Positions 48,192 through 57,076 of a stretch of 64,000 nucleotides of DNA are shown one piece after another. Below the pieces are notes generated by a model that had not been told where the DNA came from, ran no database searches, and saw only the letters and a program-made list of their open reading frames with translations. The first letter of the stretch is position 1; each line of letters starts with the position of its first letter. The position numbers were made by a program, and so were the translations under genes. Source of the stretch: Candidatus Eiseniibacteriota bacterium (GTDB lineage Bacteria > Eisenbacteria > RBG-16-71-46 > CAIMUX01); NCBI GenBank assembly GCA_016712505.1, contig JADJQY010000002.1, positions 254,203 through 318,202 on the forward strand, written 5' to 3'.

Positions 48192-51100
48192 CCCGCGTGG
48201 CGCTTGGTCTCCGGATCGATCGGATGTTTCTGCTGCTCGCGCTCCTCGTGGTCGCGCTCGGCGCGCTGCGGGTCGATGCCCAGGACGACGCATGGGTCAT
48301 CGAGGGGGAGAACCTGACCGGCAGCAAGGCGGGGGGGACGGAGATCCTCCAGCCGCGGATCCTGCACGGGGCGGTGCGGATCACGGCCCAGAACGGCCGG
48401 ATCGACTCCGACCGGGACGTGGTGTTCCTCTACGGAAACCTGCACATCGTCGACACCACCCGCACTCTTCGGGCGGAGCAGGGCACCTACCGTCGGTCCA
48501 CGCGCGTGCTCGATCTGGTCGGACAGGTGGTGGGCGACGGACCGGAAGGGCAAATCGAGGCCGGGCAGCTCAACTACGACCGGCTGAGCGGCGTGATGAA
48601 GCTGCGTGATCATCCGGTGCTCTCCGACAGCGCCAGCGTGATCCGCGCCGAGCGCATCGACTACTGGCGCGATTCGTTGCTCGCCCTGGCCAGCGGCAAC
48701 GTGCAGATCCTGCTGCGCGAAGACTCGACCTGGGTGTACGGCCGCGAGGCGCGGTACAACGATCGCACCGGAGAGGTGATCGTGACCGGCGATCCGTGGG
48801 TGCGGAGCCCGGGAGAGGGGGCCGATTCCGCCCTGGTGGTGCACGCCGACACCCTGGTGCTCTTCCAGGGAGAATCACGCGGCGAGGCGCTGGGATCGGT
48901 TCGGATCGATCGCGGGTCGGTCCGCGCGGAGGCCGGACGGGCCGACTTCCGTCTCGATCAGCACCGGATCGTGCTCACCCGGGAACCGGTCGCCTGGGAG
49001 ACCGACGGAGAAATCGCGGCCGACACCATGACCATCACCGTGCGCTCGGGACGGGCCGACCTGTTGCGCGCCCTGGGCAATGTGCGGGTTCGCTACCAGC
49101 CGGCAAGCAAGTCGGGGGAGCTGAACGTCGTCTTGGGCGATACCTTGAGCGCCCGTCTCGACGGCGAGCGACTGGGCGGGCTCGAGGTGATGGGAAGCGC
49201 GCACAGCCTCTATGTTCCGACCGAGGAGGACGCGCGCGGCGGATCGGGCCGCAACGTCTCCTCCGCCCGCAAGATCAACGTCTTCCTGCGGGGAGGGGAG
49301 GCACGGGCGGTGGAACTGGTCGAAGACGCGGTCGGGGTCTACTGGTATCCGGGCGATCGCGCGCTCGAGACCCTGCGTTCCCGCGACGCGCTCGATTCGC
49401 TGCGGGCGATCGACCCCGAGGTCGACCCCGAGGTCGACCCGGAGAGCGACCCAGAGACCGTCCCAGGGATCGGTTCCGGGGCGATCGACGTCGGCTGGCC
49501 GCGACCACTCTCCCGCCTGGAGGAGATGTTCATCGCCACCCGGACGCTGGAGTTCGGAGACAGCACCACCTCTCCGTACGACGCCCTGTTCGACCAGCGG
49601 GTCGACTACTCCGGCGATACCATCCGCTTCTACGCCAGCGAGGAGAAGATCCGCCTCCTGGGCAACGCCAAGATCGCCTATCAGGAGAGTTCGCTCGACG
49701 CCGGCGACATCGAGTACCTGGCCGATCGGCGGCTGGTGATCGCCCAGTCCTCGCCCACCATTCGCGACGGCGAGAGCGAGGTGAAGGGGGGGCGGATGAC
49801 CTACCGCACCGACCTGAAGGAGGGGTTCGTCTACCAGGGGCGGACCGAGTTCGACGGCGGGTTCTACTCCGGCAAGGAAGTGAAGAAGCTTCCCGACAAC
49901 TCGCTGCTGGTCCGAAACGGCACCTACACCACCTGCGACCACGAACCACCCCACTACGAGTTCCGCTCCAGCCGGATGAAGCTGAAGCAGGACGACAAGG
50001 TCGTGGCGCGGCCGGTCATCATGCGGATCCTCGACATCCCGGTCATGGCGCTGCCCTACTACTTCTTTCCGATCAAGAAGGGGCGCCACTCCGGCATGCT
50101 CGCCCCCACGCTCGAGTTCGGATTCAATCAGTACCGCGGTCGCTTCGTTCGTGGCTTCGGCTACTACTGGGCGATCAACGACTACATGGATACCCAGGTC
50201 ACGACCGACTACGAAGAGAACGGCAACCGGCTCTACCTGAACGGGGAGTATCGCTACCGGATGCGCTACCTGCTGGACGGGCAGGTCAAGGCCTCGTACT
50301 CCCGCCAAGGGGGCGAAGGGGCGAGCGGTCGTCGCGGCTACAGCGTGCAGGGAGAGCACCGTCAGGACCTGGGGGAGAAGACGCGGCTGACCGCGAACGC
50401 GAACTTCACCAGTTCGCTCTCCTACCGCGGGGATCGCGACTTCGGCGCGGGGGTGGACGAACTGCTGAACCGACAGCTCCGCTCCAGCCTCGGCCTCTCG
50501 CGTAGCTGGTCGGGGGCCAGTCTCACCGTGAACGTGGCCCGCAACGAGTACCTCGACTCTCTCACCGCCTCCGGCGAGAAGGTACGGCTCGAGCCGCGGG
50601 TCGATCTGAGTCTGAATCAGCGCAGCCTCGGTCGCGCGGCCGATGCCCGGGGCCGGGGAGGGCGGCTTCCGCTTCTCTCCAGCACCTACGTCAACACCTC
50701 CTTCGGCTTCCGGGCCACCGACGTGGAGCGTTGGAGCGGCAAGCGGGAGGAGAACCAGGCGGTCGAGCAACGGTTCGGGTTGAGCGACTCGCGGAGCGTC
50801 GGTCACTATCTGCGGATCAATCCGTCGATCTCGGGCAACGCCGCCTGGTTCGCAGAGGACGCGCGTGGGGAGCGCAATCGGGCCGGGGCGTCCTGGTCGG
50901 CCCGGGTCGGGGCGAAGAACGACCTCTACGGTACCTGGCTTTCCGAGTCGGGTCGGCTGGCCGGCGTACGCCATGTGCTGACCCCCAGCGCGAGCTGGAA
51001 CTACGCCCCGGAGATCCGTTCCCTGACCTACGCCGATTCGAGCGGCGTGCGTCGGTCGCGCTTCCCCAGCGTCGGCGGGATCGGCCTCGGCGGGACGAAG

Positions 51101-51793
51101 GCATCCTCGATGTCGCTCAGCCTGAGCCAGCGGCTGCACTTCAAGTTCCGCGACGGCACGAAGGTGATCAAGAAGGACAACCTCCTCTCCTGGGACATGA
51201 GCAGCAGCTACAACTTCCTCGCCCAGGGGAAGACTCGCCCCATGTCCTCGATCCGCAGTAGCGTCCAGGTCCGCCCGTTCTCGCTGCTCGACGTTCGCTC
51301 CGATTGGAGCCACAACCCCTACACCCGCGCCCCCGAGCGTTTCAGCCTCGACACCACCCTCAGGCTCTCGGCCCAGCTCTTCGCCGGAGCCGCGTCCGAC
51401 AGCGGGGGGGCTGGACCTGAACTCAACTACGGCGATTTCGGCGGCGCGGCCGCCGGAACCGGGTCTTCGGCGCGCAGCCCGAACGCCGGGGGCGGAAGCT
51501 GGAACCTGAGCGCCTCGCACTCCTACTCGACCCAGCGGGGGGTCGACGATGCCCGGAACAATCTGAATCTTGGCTGCCGGTTCAACGCCACGCGGAACTG
51601 GAAGGTCGATGGTTCGGTTTACCTGGATCTGGAGGCGAAGGAGGTCAACTCCCACCGCTTCACTCTGTCGCGGGATCTGCACTGCTGGGAGCTGTACTTC
51701 TCCCACATCAGCCGCGGGGCGAACTCCGAGTACCAGTTCCGGATCAACCTGAAGGACATCGAAGAGGTCAAGTACGTGCGGGAGAAGCGGTAG
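48188..51793 (+). CDS. lptD: large LptD/OstA-family outer-membrane LPS-assembly protein
   Basis: ATGA overlap with the upstream stop. A signal peptide, N-terminal OstA/LptA-like beta-jellyroll repeats, then a long beta-barrel-like C-terminal half rich in alternating aromatic strands. About 1201 aa. Confidence 0.65.
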   Translation: MTRVALGLRIDRMFLLLALLVVALGALRVDAQDDAWVIEGENLTGSKAGGTEILQPRILHGAVRITAQNGRIDSDRDVVFLYGNLHIVDTTRTLRAEQGTYRRSTRVLDLVGQVVGDGPEGQIEAGQLNYDRLSGVMKLRDHPVLSDSASVIRAERIDYWRDSLLALASGNVQILLREDSTWVYGREARYNDRTGEVIVTGDPWVRSPGEGADSALVVHADTLVLFQGESRGEALGSVRIDRGSVRAEAGRADFRLDQHRIVLTREPVAWETDGEIAADTMTITVRSGRADLLRALGNVRVRYQPASKSGELNVVLGDTLSARLDGERLGGLEVMGSAHSLYVPTEEDARGGSGRNVSSARKINVFLRGGEARAVELVEDAVGVYWYPGDRALETLRSRDALDSLRAIDPEVDPEVDPESDPETVPGIGSGAIDVGWPRPLSRLEEMFIATRTLEFGDSTTSPYDALFDQRVDYSGDTIRFYASEEKIRLLGNAKIAYQESSLDAGDIEYLADRRLVIAQSSPTIRDGESEVKGGRMTYRTDLKEGFVYQGRTEFDGGFYSGKEVKKLPDNSLLVRNGTYTTCDHEPPHYEFRSSRMKLKQDDKVVARPVIMRILDIPVMALPYYFFPIKKGRHSGMLAPTLEFGFNQYRGRFVRGFGYYWAINDYMDTQVTTDYEENGNRLYLNGEYRYRMRYLLDGQVKASYSRQGGEGASGRRGYSVQGEHRQDLGEKTRLTANANFTSSLSYRGDRDFGAGVDELLNRQLRSSLGLSRSWSGASLTVNVARNEYLDSLTASGEKVRLEPRVDLSLNQRSLGRAADARGRGGRLPLLSSTYVNTSFGFRATDVERWSGKREENQAVEQRFGLSDSRSVGHYLRINPSISGNAAWFAEDARGERNRAGASWSARVGAKNDLYGTWLSESGRLAGVRHVLTPSASWNYAPEIRSLTYADSSGVRRSRFPSVGGIGLGGTKASSMSLSLSQRLHFKFRDGTKVIKKDNLLSWDMSSSYNFLAQGKTRPMSSIRSSVQVRPFSLLDVRSDWSHNPYTRAPERFSLDTTLRLSAQLFAGAASDSGGAGPELNYGDFGGAAAGTGSSARSPNAGGGSWNLSASHSYSTQRGVDDARNNLNLGCRFNATRNWKVDGSVYLDLEAKEVNSHRFTLSRDLHCWELYFSHISRGANSEYQFRINLKDIEEVKYVREKR

Positions 51794-51984
51794 CGTCCCC
51801 GCAGACCGGTTCTGTGCGGGAAGAGTGTGGCGTTGAGCAGTTCCCATGCCGATGCTAGACTCCGACATCCACGCCCGGCTACGGGCACTCCCGGCGACGG
51901 TCACATCCGACGACGGGCGCGCCTGGGGCGGGCATACACGCCAAACCGACCTCCCGGTCACGGGAGGTTTCCACACGGGGAACG

Positions 51985-53345
51985 ATGCAAATGTCGATGG
52001 CACGCATTCGCTTGTGCTTCGCCTTCCTCCTGACCGCCATGGTGGCGCTGCTTCAGGCATGCGCCGGCGGGTATCAGGCAGGGAAGCGACCGCTGAACGC
52101 CGAGCTGGTTCTGTTGTCCTACGGCTCGGTGAACGGCGAACTCGCCCCCTGTGGGTGACACAGCGGCCAAAAGGGCGGGCTGGCCCGGCGGGCCGGCGAT
52201 ATCGATTCGTTAGTTGCCAAGGGCGTTCCGTTCCTCCATGTGGACCTGGGAAACTTTGCCTCCACCGAGGATGCGGTCGCTGATTACAAGACGCGTTTCA
52301 TCTGGCAGGTGATGGCGGACGCCGCGTGCGCCGCGACCACCCCCGGATCGCGCGAGTTGACCCTCTGGTCGACCTACAAGGACCTGATGGCTTCGAACAC
52401 CATCCCGGTCGTCTCGTCCAACCTCAAGTTGGTCGATGCCGGGGCGGAGAAGCCGGTCGGCGTTCCGTATCTGGTCGTTCCGGTCAATGGGCTCAAGGTG
52501 GCCCTCTTTGCCCTGATGGGCGGAGACGAGTACGCCGCGGCCCGGCCACCGGAGGGGGTCGAGTTCAAGTTCGAAGATCCGTTCCAGGTAGCGGCCGAGA
52601 TGGTGCCGGTCCTGCGCAAGCAGGCCGACGTCGTCGTGCTGATGTCGGAGATGCAGACCGGGGACACCGATCGCCTGATTCAGACCGTGCCCGGGATCGA
52701 CGTTGCGCTCTACGGAAATCGCGCGCCGTGGGTCGAGGATGCGGTGAAGAACGGGACCACGATCGTGCAGCAGACCGGCATCCGGGGTCAGTACAAGGGC
52801 GAGCTGGTGCTGATCGTCGATCCAGATGGGAAGATCCTGGACTTCGGTGCGCGCAATGCGGCCATGGACAAGGCGTTCCCCGAGAGCGACGAAGTAGCCA
52901 AGGCGGTCGCCGCGACAGACGAGAAGGTGAAGCAGATCCAGGCCGAGTCGCGCGAGAAGCGCCAGGGAGAGTTCGAGAACAAGATCTCGGGCGAGCGCTT
53001 CCTTGGTCCGGAAACTGCAAGCGGTGTCACGAGGAGCAGTACAAGACCTGGTCTCTGACCCCGCACGCCCACGCCTTCGCCACTCTGGAGAAGGACAAGA
53101 AGCATGACGACCCGAACTGTGTGAAGTGTCACGTGACCGGCGGAGAGGATCCGGATGGGTATGCGGCCAACCGCACCACCCCGGATCTTCGGAACGTCGG
53201 CTGCGAGGTCTGCCACGGGAAGGGAACCGAGCACGATCGCACGACGCCACTCGCCATCACCGAGGCGATGTGTCGGAACTGCCATCAGGGGGAGTTCGAG
53301 AAGGGGTTCAACTTCGCGGCCGCTCTCCCGCTCGTGAGTCACTGA
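51985..53345 (+). CDS. lipoprotein with 5'-nucleotidase/metallophosphoesterase-like N-terminal region and C-terminal tetraheme cytochrome c domain; in-frame TGA and one frame break
   Basis: Lipobox LLQAC. An in-frame TGA sits at 52156-52158 (..NGELAPCG[*]HSGQKGGLARR..). A frame break at A3 53012-53014 (..ERFLGPE|NCKRCH..) follows. There are four CXXCH motifs: CKRCH, CVKCH, CEVCH and CRNCH. Confidence 0.65.
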
Positions 53346-53429
53346 TCGCGGGGCCGGGTCGGACCGCCGCGCCGCGGAGGAAATCCTCCCGGTTCGGGTC
53401 GGTTCGCTGAGACCGGTTGGGGAAAGAAA

Positions 53430-53466
53430 GCCGGATCCGACCTGAGGTCGGGTCCGGCACTTTTTT
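53430..53466 (+). terminator. Rho-independent terminator
   Basis: A 13-bp stem, GCCGGATCCGACC / GGTCGGGTCCGGC (one G-U pair), a TGAG loop, then A + TTTTTT. It lies 85 nt after the cytochrome gene stop. Confidence 0.8.
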
Positions 53467-53642
53467 CCCGCCTACCTCCCCTTCGAAGTCGGAATTGTCC
53501 CACCCGGAGCCGCCTGTTAGGCTGCCCACAGTCCACGGCCCGTGTTCGACTGCCAGGGGGGATGGAGATGACCTCGCCGCCGGTCGATGGGAGAAGGTGC
53601 GCTGGCGCTTCCGCGACACGCGGAGGCAGAGAGGGGAGATCC

Positions 53643-55049
53643 ATGAATCCCGGAGCGGAGACCCGAACCGGTTCTGGCATGCGCTATTACGAGAATATCC
53701 TCGCCGTGGTTGGGAACACCCCGCTGGTCCGGCTGAACCAGACCGCGACCGGGGTGAAGCCGCTGATCCTGGCCAAGCTCGAGTCGTTCAATCCCGGGCG
53801 GAGCAACAAGGATCGGGTGGGGATGTTCCTGGTCGAGATGGCCGAACGAGACGGCTCGCTGAAACCGGGGGGGACGATCGTCGAAGCGACCTCGGGGAAC
53901 ACTGGCCTCGGTCTGGCCATGGCCGCGTTGGTCAAGGGGTATAAGTGCATCTGCGTCATGCCGGACAAGATCGGTTCTGAGAAGCGCGACTTGCTCAAGG
54001 CCCACGGCGCCAAGGTGGTGATCACGCCGACCAGCGCCCCGCCCGGTTCCCCCGATCGCTATACCGAGGTCGCCAAGCGCCTCGCGTCGGAGATCCCCGG
54101 CGGATTCCTTGCCAACCAGTACTTCAATCCAAACAACCCTGAGATCCACTACCGCACCACCGGGCCGGAGATCTGGCGCGACACCGCGGGACGGGTCACC
54201 TGCTACGTGGCCGGCGTCGGCACCGGCGGTTCGCTGAGCGGAGTCGGTCGGTATCTCAAGGAGCAGAACCCGAACATCCGGATCGTCGGAGCAGAGCCCC
54301 AGGGGTCGATCCTCGGGGAGTACCAGAAGACCGGTCAGCTGGCCGAGTCGCAGTCGTACCTGGTCGAGGGGATCGGTCAGGAGATCATTCCGGGCAATGT
54401 GCAGTTCGAGTACATCGACGAGATCCTTACGGTCACCGATCGCGACTCGTTCCGCTACATGCGGCAGCTCTCGCGTGAGGAGGCGATCTTTGTCGGCGGG
54501 TCGTCCGGTACGGCGGTCGCGGCCGCGGTCCAGGCTGCCGGCAGCCTCACCGAGGAGGATGTCGTGGTGGTCATGCTGCCCGACACCGGTGAACGGTACC
54601 TCAGCAAGTTCCATAGCGACGCCTGGCTGGCCGACCACGGCATGCTGGCCGCCGATGATCTGAAGGTGGGGGATCTGGTTCGCCAGAAGGCGGCCGCGTC
54701 CGAACTGCCGAATCTGCTCTCGGTCCGCCCGGCGGACCCGGTCCGGCTCGCCCTCGGTCTGATCCGCCGGCACAACGTCTCCCAGCTTCCGGTCGTGGCC
54801 GACAACGGCGCGGTGGTCGGTACCGTGATGGAGTCGAGCCTGATGACGGCGATGCTCGATGGGCGGGCGATGCTCGAGAGCCCTGCCTCGAGTGTCATGG
54901 AGGCGAAGCTTCCGAGCATCGCCGCGGACGAGAGCATCTCGGCGGCAGCGAGGGCCCTGGCGCACGGGCATGCCCTCCTGGTAGAAGATCGCGGTCGGAC
55001 CGTGGGAATTCTCTCCCGCATCGACCTGATCGGATACGTCGCGAAATAG
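53643..55049 (+). CDS. cystathionine beta-synthase (PLP domain + tandem CBS domains)
   Basis: Cysteine-synthase-like PLP fold (NPGRSNKDR, EATSGNTGLGLA) plus a C-terminal CBS pair. Confidence 0.88.
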   Translation: MNPGAETRTGSGMRYYENILAVVGNTPLVRLNQTATGVKPLILAKLESFNPGRSNKDRVGMFLVEMAERDGSLKPGGTIVEATSGNTGLGLAMAALVKGYKCICVMPDKIGSEKRDLLKAHGAKVVITPTSAPPGSPDRYTEVAKRLASEIPGGFLANQYFNPNNPEIHYRTTGPEIWRDTAGRVTCYVAGVGTGGSLSGVGRYLKEQNPNIRIVGAEPQGSILGEYQKTGQLAESQSYLVEGIGQEIIPGNVQFEYIDEILTVTDRDSFRYMRQLSREEAIFVGGSSGTAVAAAVQAAGSLTEEDVVVVMLPDTGERYLSKFHSDAWLADHGMLAADDLKVGDLVRQKAAASELPNLLSVRPADPVRLALGLIRRHNVSQLPVVADNGAVVGTVMESSLMTAMLDGRAMLESPASSVMEAKLPSIAADESISAAARALAHGHALLVEDRGRTVGILSRIDLIGYVAK

Positions 55050-55233
55050 CGGTGCCGTGCTGACCGCGGCACGGCGCCGGGGCGTTGCGTCCCGGAGACA
55101 CGGGATCCGTTGGGGACAGGCTTCCTCGGGGGACACGCTCCCTGGAGGAAGAGGTCACGGTGGGCACTGGGGCTCCGCGAGCAACAGGAACTCTCGGGCA
55201 AACGGCCGCAGTCGGCCGGTGGAAGGAACAGGG

Positions 55234-56370
55234 ATGGGAATCGCGACCGATTCGATTCACGCGGGGCAGCAGCCGGACCCGACGACCGGCGCGATCATGA
55301 CCCCGATCTATCAGACCTCCACCTACGTGCAGGAGGAACTCGGGGTCCACAAGGGGTATGAGTATGCCCGTACCCACAACCTCACCCGGGCGGCCTGGGA
55401 GCAGTGCGTGGCCAAGCTGGAGGGGGCGACGACCGGAATCGCCTTCGGTTCGGGCCTGGCCGCGATCGGCACCCTGATCCAGGCACTGGAGCCCGGAGAC
55501 CACGTTGTTTCCTCGAATGACATGTACGGCGGCACCTACCGGCTGTATGAGCGGGTCTACCGCCGGTACGGAATCGAATTCGAGTACGTCGACACTTCCG
55601 ACCTGGACGCGGTCCGGGCCGCGATTCGCCCGACCACTCGATTGCTCTATGTCGAGACCCCATCGAATCCGCTCATGAAGGTCTCCGACCTGGCTGCCCT
55701 GGCCGAGATGGCCCGGGCCCGCGGGATCGCCCTCGCGGTGGACAACACCTTTCTCACCCCGTTCTTTCAGCGTCCCCTCGAACTCGGCGCCCATCTGGTG
55801 GTGCACTCGGTCACGAAGTATCTGAATGGCCACTCCGACATGGTGGGGGGGATGCTCCTGACCTCGGAGCCGGCCTGGATCGAGAAGCTGCGATTCCTGC
55901 AGAACGCGGCCGGAGCCGTGCCCGGGCCGATGGACTGCTGGCTCGCGCTACGCGGGGTGAAGACGCTCGCCGTCCGGATGCCGCGCCACGAAGCGAATGC
56001 GATGCTCGTGGCTCAGCACTTGGTGCGTCATCCGCGAGTCGAGCGCGTACTCTATCCGGGGCTCCCCGAGCACCCCGCGCACGCGCTCTCCACGCGCCAG
56101 ACGAGCGGGTTCGGCGGGATGGTCTCGTTTCTCCTGCGCGACCTCGAGGAGGCCCGGCAGGTGGCGGGCAGGACCCGCCTCTTCGCGCTGGCCGAGAGTC
56201 TCGGTGGGGTCGAGAGTCTGCTTTGCCACCCGGCCAGCATGACCCACGCCTCCGTCCCCCGCGCGGAGCGGGAGCGGATGGGTTTCACCGACGGGTTGCT
56301 GCGCCTTTCCGTGGGGATCGAAGATGTCGAGGATCTCCTTCAGGACCTGGACCACGCGCTCGCTGTCTAG
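55234..56370 (+). CDS. cystathionine gamma-lyase / gamma-synthase family PLP enzyme
   Basis: TDSIHAGQ...TPIYQTSTY and the HSVTKYLNGHSD PLP-lysine motif. Confidence 0.88.
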   Translation: MGIATDSIHAGQQPDPTTGAIMTPIYQTSTYVQEELGVHKGYEYARTHNLTRAAWEQCVAKLEGATTGIAFGSGLAAIGTLIQALEPGDHVVSSNDMYGGTYRLYERVYRRYGIEFEYVDTSDLDAVRAAIRPTTRLLYVETPSNPLMKVSDLAALAEMARARGIALAVDNTFLTPFFQRPLELGAHLVVHSVTKYLNGHSDMVGGMLLTSEPAWIEKLRFLQNAAGAVPGPMDCWLALRGVKTLAVRMPRHEANAMLVAQHLVRHPRVERVLYPGLPEHPAHALSTRQTSGFGGMVSFLLRDLEEARQVAGRTRLFALAESLGGVESLLCHPASMTHASVPRAERERMGFTDGLLRLSVGIEDVEDLLQDLDHALAV

Positions 56371-56477
56371 AAGCGGGGCTCGCCCCGAGGTCCGAGCCAC
56401 GCACGGTCGGGCGCCGAGCGGGCCGCGCCTACGTCTGATCGCATCCGCATGGAGATCCGACTTGCACGAGTTCTACC

Positions 56478-56942
56478 TTGGACGCATTTGACAACTGCCT
56501 CCGGAACGGGCGCCTCCAGGCTCGGGAACCGGACGCCGACCTGATCCAACGAGAGGTGGAGACGGCCATGTCGGAACTGGTCCGGGCTCGCACCTGCTTC
56601 ACCGATGGCCGACTCGAGGAGTGCGTGGTCCAGGGCTATTTCGCCATGTACCGGCTGCTGCGCGCACTGTTGCTCCAGGCGGGGTATCGGGACACCAACC
56701 TGTTCAGCCTCTCGACCGGGATCGAACGCCTGTTCGCCGGGACGGACGGAATGGCGGGACTGGTCGCGGTCCTGCGCGAGGCGAAGGATCGAAAGGACCT
56801 GGTCCAGCAGGGAGGGCGCACCTCGCGAAAGGACGCCAAGACGATCCTCGACGGCGCGGAGGTAACCTACCGCCTCACCAGGGGGTTGATCCCGCTGGCC
56901 CGTTTTCCGGAGATCCGGGAGAGCGAGGCGCCGCCGGAATGA
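56478..56942 (+). CDS. HEPN-domain-like protein (putative)
   Basis: A 154-aa helical protein. The pattern A....L...GY....H/L..L...F ... R..R.......S..DA......A resembles HEPN. No adjacent nucleotidyltransferase partner is present. TTG start. Confidence 0.4.
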   Translation: MDAFDNCLRNGRLQAREPDADLIQREVETAMSELVRARTCFTDGRLEECVVQGYFAMYRLLRALLLQAGYRDTNLFSLSTGIERLFAGTDGMAGLVAVLREAKDRKDLVQQGGRTSRKDAKTILDGAEVTYRLTRGLIPLARFPEIRESEAPPE

Positions 56943-57076
56943 GCGGGGGGCGATGCCGGTCGGCGGAGCGGATCGCCGCCGCGTGCAGCCAACGGGTACA
57001 CCGAAGCGGCGTTTCCCGTGTACTCTTCCGGGGGAGACGCCCCGCACGGACGTCGATCGAAGGAGGAAGGTTCCGA

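Noticed and set aside
49409-49460. Short tandem repeat encoding DPEVDPEVDPESDPET inside lptD.
   Set aside because: It is a low-complexity acidic linker within a coding region. There is no evidence of independent function.
53467-53642. Possible SAM/SAH-type riboswitch upstream of cystathionine beta-synthase.
   Set aside because: I could not recognise conserved core sequences of SAM-I, SAM-II or SAH riboswitches by eye. A covariance-model scan would be needed.
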